A stretch of 64,000 nucleotides of DNA, from contig CAUUAW010000001.1 in NCBI GenBank assembly GCA_963543315.1, forward strand, positions 79,892 to 143,891, read 5' to 3'. The notes under the pieces are model-generated. The model made no database searches. It was not told the DNA's origin and worked only from the letters and a program-made list of their open reading frames with translations. Below, in pieces: positions 59,536-64,000 of this stretch. The stretch is from an uncultured Porphyromonas sp. (GTDB lineage: Bacteria > Bacteroidota > Bacteroidia > Bacteroidales > Porphyromonadaceae). Within the stretch, counting starts at the first letter, position 1; each line of letters begins with the position of its first letter. The position numbers were made by a program, and so were the translations under genes.

Positions 59536-61185
59536 ATGAAATATACATGGTACATGCTTCTCCTCTTGCTCCTCTCTACACTGGCTCTTGCCGCACAGAG
59601 TGATAAGAGGCAAGAGATACTGACGCTACACACTACACTCCCCGAGGGGAGCGCCTTTACACTAGGCATGCATAGTCGTAGCCCCTTCTCAATTGATTGG
59701 GGTGATGGGGTCTTGGTCTCATACGAATCAGGGAATTATGGTGTGGACGGGATCTCTGGCACTGTACATGGTGACGGATGGATCTCCGTATGCGGAGAGA
59801 ATGCAAGTGGTATCTTATCGCTTTACATAGGACGAGATGAGATCAATCAGCAGGTGGATAGTCTTGACTTATCGCGGACGAAGGGGTTGAAATTCCTCTA
59901 CTGCCAGAATAATCGTCTGAAACGTCTAGACATATCTCAATGCTTTCGGCTGATGGAGCTGGATGTAGCAGACAATTATTTGTCACACCTAGATCTAAAA
60001 AATGCACCCCTCCTAGACATGCTCGTCTGTCAAAATAATCAGCTTCGGGAGTTAAACTTGACACCTGTACAGGGGCTTGTCGCACTGCGCTGTGAGTATA
60101 ATGAGATTAGCTCTTTAGACCTCCGACACTTCAAGGGGCTTACCGTACTACGCTGCCAGGGTAATCCAATCGAAGAGCTGGACATATCGCGCAATAGGGC
60201 TCTCCAGCAACTTTTTGCTGGTGGTACGCAGCTTGCAGCATTGGACTTAACACCGCATATCGATTTGCGTGTGCTAGATCTATCAGACCTACCTGGAGTT
60301 TCTGTCACTTGGGGGGATAAAGAGGAGTTGCGCCAGATCTTCTTAAACCGTTGCGACCTCTCGACACTGGCATTCCCTCAACTACCTCTATTGGACCGAT
60401 TGGAGGTACAGGGCAATCGGTTGACTAAGCTAGAGCTCTCGGGGATGCCTCTGCTAAAGGATCTGCGTTGCAATGATAATCAGCTGGAGAGCCTAGACCT
60501 TAGTCTTGTGAAGCACCTTAACTATCTCTTTGCTGAGGGTAATCGACTCACACAGATTGACCTATCTGCACTACGAGAGATTAGGGAGTTGCTCCTATCT
60601 TATAATCAGCTTTCCAGCCTCGATCTCTCGTCTAATCCTGACCTGTATCTCTTGTGGCTCTCGAAAAACCCTATCAAGGTGCTAGACATACATACTACAC
60701 CTAAGCTCTTTTCACTCTTTCTAGACGAGTGTAAACTATCAGAGAGTAGCGTACGGGCTATTATCTCATCCCTACCCGATATCACCGATATTAAGACAAA
60801 TGAGCGCACAGCTTGGTGGAAAAAGTGGCTCCTCCTCAAAGGTAATCCCATATCCCAACAGCTCAATCTCCAAAAAGTTACAGAGAGGGGTTGGCAAGTA
60901 GACCTTATAGATGCATGGCCCGGTAGGGATAATGCGATCGTACTGCCTGCAGCGACCTCGCCCCTTCGCGTGATCCGTGTGGGCGAGCACCTACAGCTTT
61001 ATAGTGCAGATGGGGTATCCAACACTCCTAGACAGCTATCTGTATGGCTTTACAGCCTGTCTGGAGAATTGATATTTACAGCCCAAACTCTAGCACAACT
61101 CTCGGAGATTTCTCTGGAAAACAGTGATAGTAGATACGTTTGTGTCTCGATCATCGATGGATATGTACACCGTACATTGTTGTAG
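59536..61185 (+). CDS. leucine-rich repeat secreted protein (long paralog) with a T9SS C-terminal domain
   Basis: The ATG at 59536 gives MKYTWYMLLLLLLSTLALAAQS, a signal peptide. The ORF is open from a TTG at 59488. About 15 LRR units (LDxSxxxxLxxLxCxxNxLxx) are followed by a CTD-like tail (LSVWLYSLSGELIF...). Confidence 0.8.
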   Translation: MKYTWYMLLLLLLSTLALAAQSDKRQEILTLHTTLPEGSAFTLGMHSRSPFSIDWGDGVLVSYESGNYGVDGISGTVHGDGWISVCGENASGILSLYIGRDEINQQVDSLDLSRTKGLKFLYCQNNRLKRLDISQCFRLMELDVADNYLSHLDLKNAPLLDMLVCQNNQLRELNLTPVQGLVALRCEYNEISSLDLRHFKGLTVLRCQGNPIEELDISRNRALQQLFAGGTQLAALDLTPHIDLRVLDLSDLPGVSVTWGDKEELRQIFLNRCDLSTLAFPQLPLLDRLEVQGNRLTKLELSGMPLLKDLRCNDNQLESLDLSLVKHLNYLFAEGNRLTQIDLSALREIRELLLSYNQLSSLDLSSNPDLYLLWLSKNPIKVLDIHTTPKLFSLFLDECKLSESSVRAIISSLPDITDIKTNERTAWWKKWLLLKGNPISQQLNLQKVTERGWQVDLIDAWPGRDNAIVLPAATSPLRVIRVGEHLQLYSADGVSNTPRQLSVWLYSLSGELIFTAQTLAQLSEISLENSDSRYVCVSIIDGYVHRTLL

Positions 61186-61222
61186 TCTTCTCTAAATCCG
61201 ATAACATTTAACAAACAAAAGT

Positions 61223-62770
61223 ATGAGAACTCCTCTTACTGTAGTACGTATACTCGTATCTATATTGCTCCTCTACCTCGTATCGCTTTGTGCTTTAGCT
61301 AGTCCCGGCAACTTGACAATGGGATGTGCGGAGATTAATTCTTACAAAGGGTATCACAAGATGCGTTTGAGCTCTCCCGGAGCAGAGACAAAAACGCATG
61401 CCTCCATCCTTAAAAATTCAAAGGCTCTCTGTGCCGAGACTGAGACTCCTTGGGAGCTCCAGAATATTACTGAGGAGCCTACGACAGAGAAAGCCAGAGT
61501 AACGCTTGAGACATCACTGCCTGCTGGATCGAAGATTAAGTTAACCCTCTGGTATAATGGTGAGTTAACTATATCGGGAATTGAAGAAACACCAAAAAAT
61601 GGAGTAGAAAAAGAGTACACACTGACGGGGCAGTCTGTCCTCCTCGAGGGTAATCTGACCGAGCTATACTGTGCAGGGGCTCAGATTACGACCCTTACGC
61701 TATCTAAGTGTGACGAACTAGTCGTGCTGGATTGCAGCAGTAATCAGATAAAAGCCCTAGACCTTTCCGAGGCTCCTCACTTAGAGATCCTAGTTTGTTC
61801 TGACAATGAGCTCTCTTCTCTAGACATTCCTGAGACGCCCGATCTCATGAAGCTATGGTGTAGTAACAATGAAGAAATCCAATCTCTCGACTTAGCTCAT
61901 TGTGGTAATCTGATAGCTCTATGGTGTTATGGCTGCAATCTCTCGGAGCTTGACCTATCTGCTTGTACATCTCTCACGGGAGTTGATTGCATGAAGAATA
62001 AACTAACGAAGCTTAATCTTGGGAATTTAGATGGTCTTACAAGGATAGCCTGTGCTAATAATCGTTTGAGACAGATAGATCTCTCGGGTGTCCCAAACGT
62101 TGAGGAGTTACTTTGTGGAGACAATCAGCTAACCTCCTTGGAGCTTACACCGACACCCTATTTAGTAACACTTAAGTGTCCGAACAATCAGCTGGGTACA
62201 CTAGACCTTTCGCACCTTACACTCTTGGAGACTGTACACTGTCAGCGAAACCAGCTAAAGACATTAGATTTGAGCAAAAACGAAGCTCTCGAAGAGTTAT
62301 ACTGCTATGAAAATCAGATCAAAGGCGATGCGATGAGAACTTTTGTGACTTCTCTTCGCAAGATCCCTCAGGATGGTTATGAGAGCCTCATGATTATTAA
62401 TAGCACGGCACCCGAGGAGCAAAACCGCCCCATGGAGAGCGACATTGCTCTTGCTAGGGCAAAAGGGTGGACGCCTAAGGATTACCGAGGGGGGATCAAC
62501 GATGGCTCCGGAGTACCCTTTGATGGTTTTAATGGAATTACTCCGATCGCCCAGGTAAACGATCTGCAAATCTCACTCCTAGATGATAGGACATTGATTG
62601 TAAGGTGCGGTGACGATCAGCTACTGACTCTGTATGCCGTCGATGGCTCTATCATATATCGTGCGGAGAATACTGGTAGAGACAGGCATTACATCCGGTT
62701 ACCACATACTACAAGTGGTACAATCATCGTGCGTCTAGGCGACGCTGTCTGGAAAATTCTTCTCCCCTAA
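61223..62770 (+). CDS. leucine-rich repeat (Cys-containing, InlJ-like) secreted protein with a T9SS C-terminal domain
   Basis: 515 aa with a signal peptide, about 10 LRR units, a post-LRR module (KGWTPKDYRGGINDGSGVPFDG) and a CTD-like tail (LTLYAVDGSIIYRAEN...IIVRLGDAVWKILL). Confidence 0.82.
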   Translation: MRTPLTVVRILVSILLLYLVSLCALASPGNLTMGCAEINSYKGYHKMRLSSPGAETKTHASILKNSKALCAETETPWELQNITEEPTTEKARVTLETSLPAGSKIKLTLWYNGELTISGIEETPKNGVEKEYTLTGQSVLLEGNLTELYCAGAQITTLTLSKCDELVVLDCSSNQIKALDLSEAPHLEILVCSDNELSSLDIPETPDLMKLWCSNNEEIQSLDLAHCGNLIALWCYGCNLSELDLSACTSLTGVDCMKNKLTKLNLGNLDGLTRIACANNRLRQIDLSGVPNVEELLCGDNQLTSLELTPTPYLVTLKCPNNQLGTLDLSHLTLLETVHCQRNQLKTLDLSKNEALEELYCYENQIKGDAMRTFVTSLRKIPQDGYESLMIINSTAPEEQNRPMESDIALARAKGWTPKDYRGGINDGSGVPFDGFNGITPIAQVNDLQISLLDDRTLIVRCGDDQLLTLYAVDGSIIYRAENTGRDRHYIRLPHTTSGTIIVRLGDAVWKILLP

Positions 62771-62774
62771 TCTG

Positions 62775-64000
62775 ATGACAACACTATATAGATCCATACT
62801 CTCCCGATATTTTGTAGCTTTTCTATTACTAGGAGGTTGCGAGCTCTCAGCGCAGACGATATCCTTTACGACACTTAATGAGCCAGAATCTACGATATCT
62901 CTTACCCTCTCTTACGAGGGGGAGCTTGCTCTCTCTGGTGTCAAGGAGCATTACGCCTCAAGCGATGAGCCCCACACTTACACACTCTTAGGTCAAGAGG
63001 TCGTTATCACCGGTGCTATCCAGACGATGAGGGTGTCGAAGGCCGGGCTTACTACGCTCACGCTCTCCGAGTGTGCAGCACTTATTGAGCTAGATTGTTC
63101 GCAAAATAATCTTACAACGCTAGACGTATCACAAGCCCCAGCATTGCAAAAGCTCTCTTGCTTTGCCAATAGGTTGACACAAATTACTTTCCCCCGCCAG
63201 TCTTCTCTGACACAGCTCAAGTGTACGAATAACCAGCTTACGGTACTCGACATCTCTTCTCTTACAGAGTTAAACGAGCTTACTTGTTCTAACAATGAGC
63301 TTACACAGCTAGATGTCACCACACTGACACACTTGAAGGTGCTCAAGTGCTACCAAAACAAACTGGAGGCTCTAGACCTTAGCTCTTGCACTCTCCTGGA
63401 GAAACTGTGGTGTAGTGGCAATGACCTTCACGGCTTGGACCTTTCTACCAATCCACAGCTACAGGTCGTATGGTGCTATGACAATCAGATAAGCCGTCTC
63501 CTATCGGCAGATCTCTCTAAACTGCTTTGGCTATACTGTGAGGGAAACGATATAGAGTCGCTCGACTGTAGTCGTATGCCTCGGCTATCGAAGTTGTCTA
63601 TCTATGGAAATAAGATCCGAGACAACGCAATGGCGGCTCTTGTCGCTTCACTCCCTGAGAGAGAGGCGCCTCTGGGTAATTTGATTGTGGTGAATACACG
63701 AGATACTGAGGAGGAGAATGTCTGCACCAAGGCTTGTGCAGCTCAAGCTACTGCAAAAGGTTGGCAAGTCCTGGATTATTATGGCGGAGCTAATGGACAT
63801 CAAGGGGTCAGTTACGGAGGGTGCGATACTGCTATCGAAGCGGTTGATCCATCTTCTGATATACAGGTGCATTGGGTTGGAGATGATTTACTCCTCTCTA
63901 ACCTATCTGTGGATAGTGTGGTGGTTATCTACAATATTTTGGGGCAGCAGCTCCACACGGCACTATCGCCACACCTCGGAGAGCTCCTCATAGAGATCTT
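62775..64000 (+). CDS. leucine-rich repeat (InlJ-like) secreted protein, 3' end outside the window
   Basis: This gene is not in the supplied ORF track because it runs off the window. The ATG at 62775 gives MTTLYRSILSRYFVAFLLLGGCELSAQ. It is followed by LRR units (LDCSQNNLTTLDVSQAPALQKLSCFANRLTQ...), a KGWQVLDYYGGANGHQGVSYGG module and the start of a CTD (VVVIYNILGQQL...). The frame is open to base 64000. Confidence 0.8.
   Translation, partial: MTTLYRSILSRYFVAFLLLGGCELSAQTISFTTLNEPESTISLTLSYEGELALSGVKEHYASSDEPHTYTLLGQEVVITGAIQTMRVSKAGLTTLTLSECAALIELDCSQNNLTTLDVSQAPALQKLSCFANRLTQITFPRQSSLTQLKCTNNQLTVLDISSLTELNELTCSNNELTQLDVTTLTHLKVLKCYQNKLEALDLSSCTLLEKLWCSGNDLHGLDLSTNPQLQVVWCYDNQISRLLSADLSKLLWLYCEGNDIESLDCSRMPRLSKLSIYGNKIRDNAMAALVASLPEREAPLGNLIVVNTRDTEEENVCTKACAAQATAKGWQVLDYYGGANGHQGVSYGGCDTAIEAVDPSSDIQVHWVGDDLLLSNLSVDSVVVIYNILGQQLHTALSPHLGELLIEI

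Noticed and set aside
1-64000. tRNA, rRNA or other canonical structured RNA genes.
   Set aside because: Scanning the intergenic regions by eye showed no T-loop-like GGTTCGAATCC-type segments in a tRNA-sized context and no rRNA-like stretches. A covariance-model scan would still be needed to exclude small ncRNAs.

Overview
The window looks like a chromosomal segment of a Bacteroidota genome, possibly Porphyromonas-like Bacteroidales. I infer this from exact TAnnTTTG -7 promoter boxes, the absence of Shine-Dalgarno sites, T9SS-type C-terminal domains, a PorT-like gene and DUF2723. No taxon can be proven from the sequence alone. Most of the window is densely packed housekeeping genes: def, an ABC-F ATPase, an MsbA-like exporter, panE, lpdA, gpmA, pyrC, recJ, recQ, ispE, mfd, folD, pdxJ, exbB, exbD, tonB, rbfA, rfbD, a MATE pump, corA, zupT, upp and a U32 peptidase. 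Two accessory regions stand out. (1) A complete type I-C cas operon, cas3-cas5-cas8c-cas7-cas4-cas1-cas2, lies at 28819-36674 on the minus strand, and I can find no CRISPR array next to it. (2) A cluster of four paralogous cysteine-containing leucine-rich-repeat (InlJ-like) secreted proteins with T9SS C-terminal domains lies at 55.2-64 kb, interleaved with unknown secreted proteins. The most unusual signal is non-coding. At least 10 of the larger intergenic spacers each hold a short tandem array of degenerate 22-bp units, with by-eye consensus MCGGAATARTCRATTGAYNATT. The units are built around ATTCCGGAAT and TCAATTGA palindromes, so 11-bp half-sites alternate in orientation. These arrays occur in convergent, divergent and tandem gene contexts and also bracket the cas operon. 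I could not match them to any repeat family I know. No tRNA, rRNA, transposase or integrase gene was recognised.
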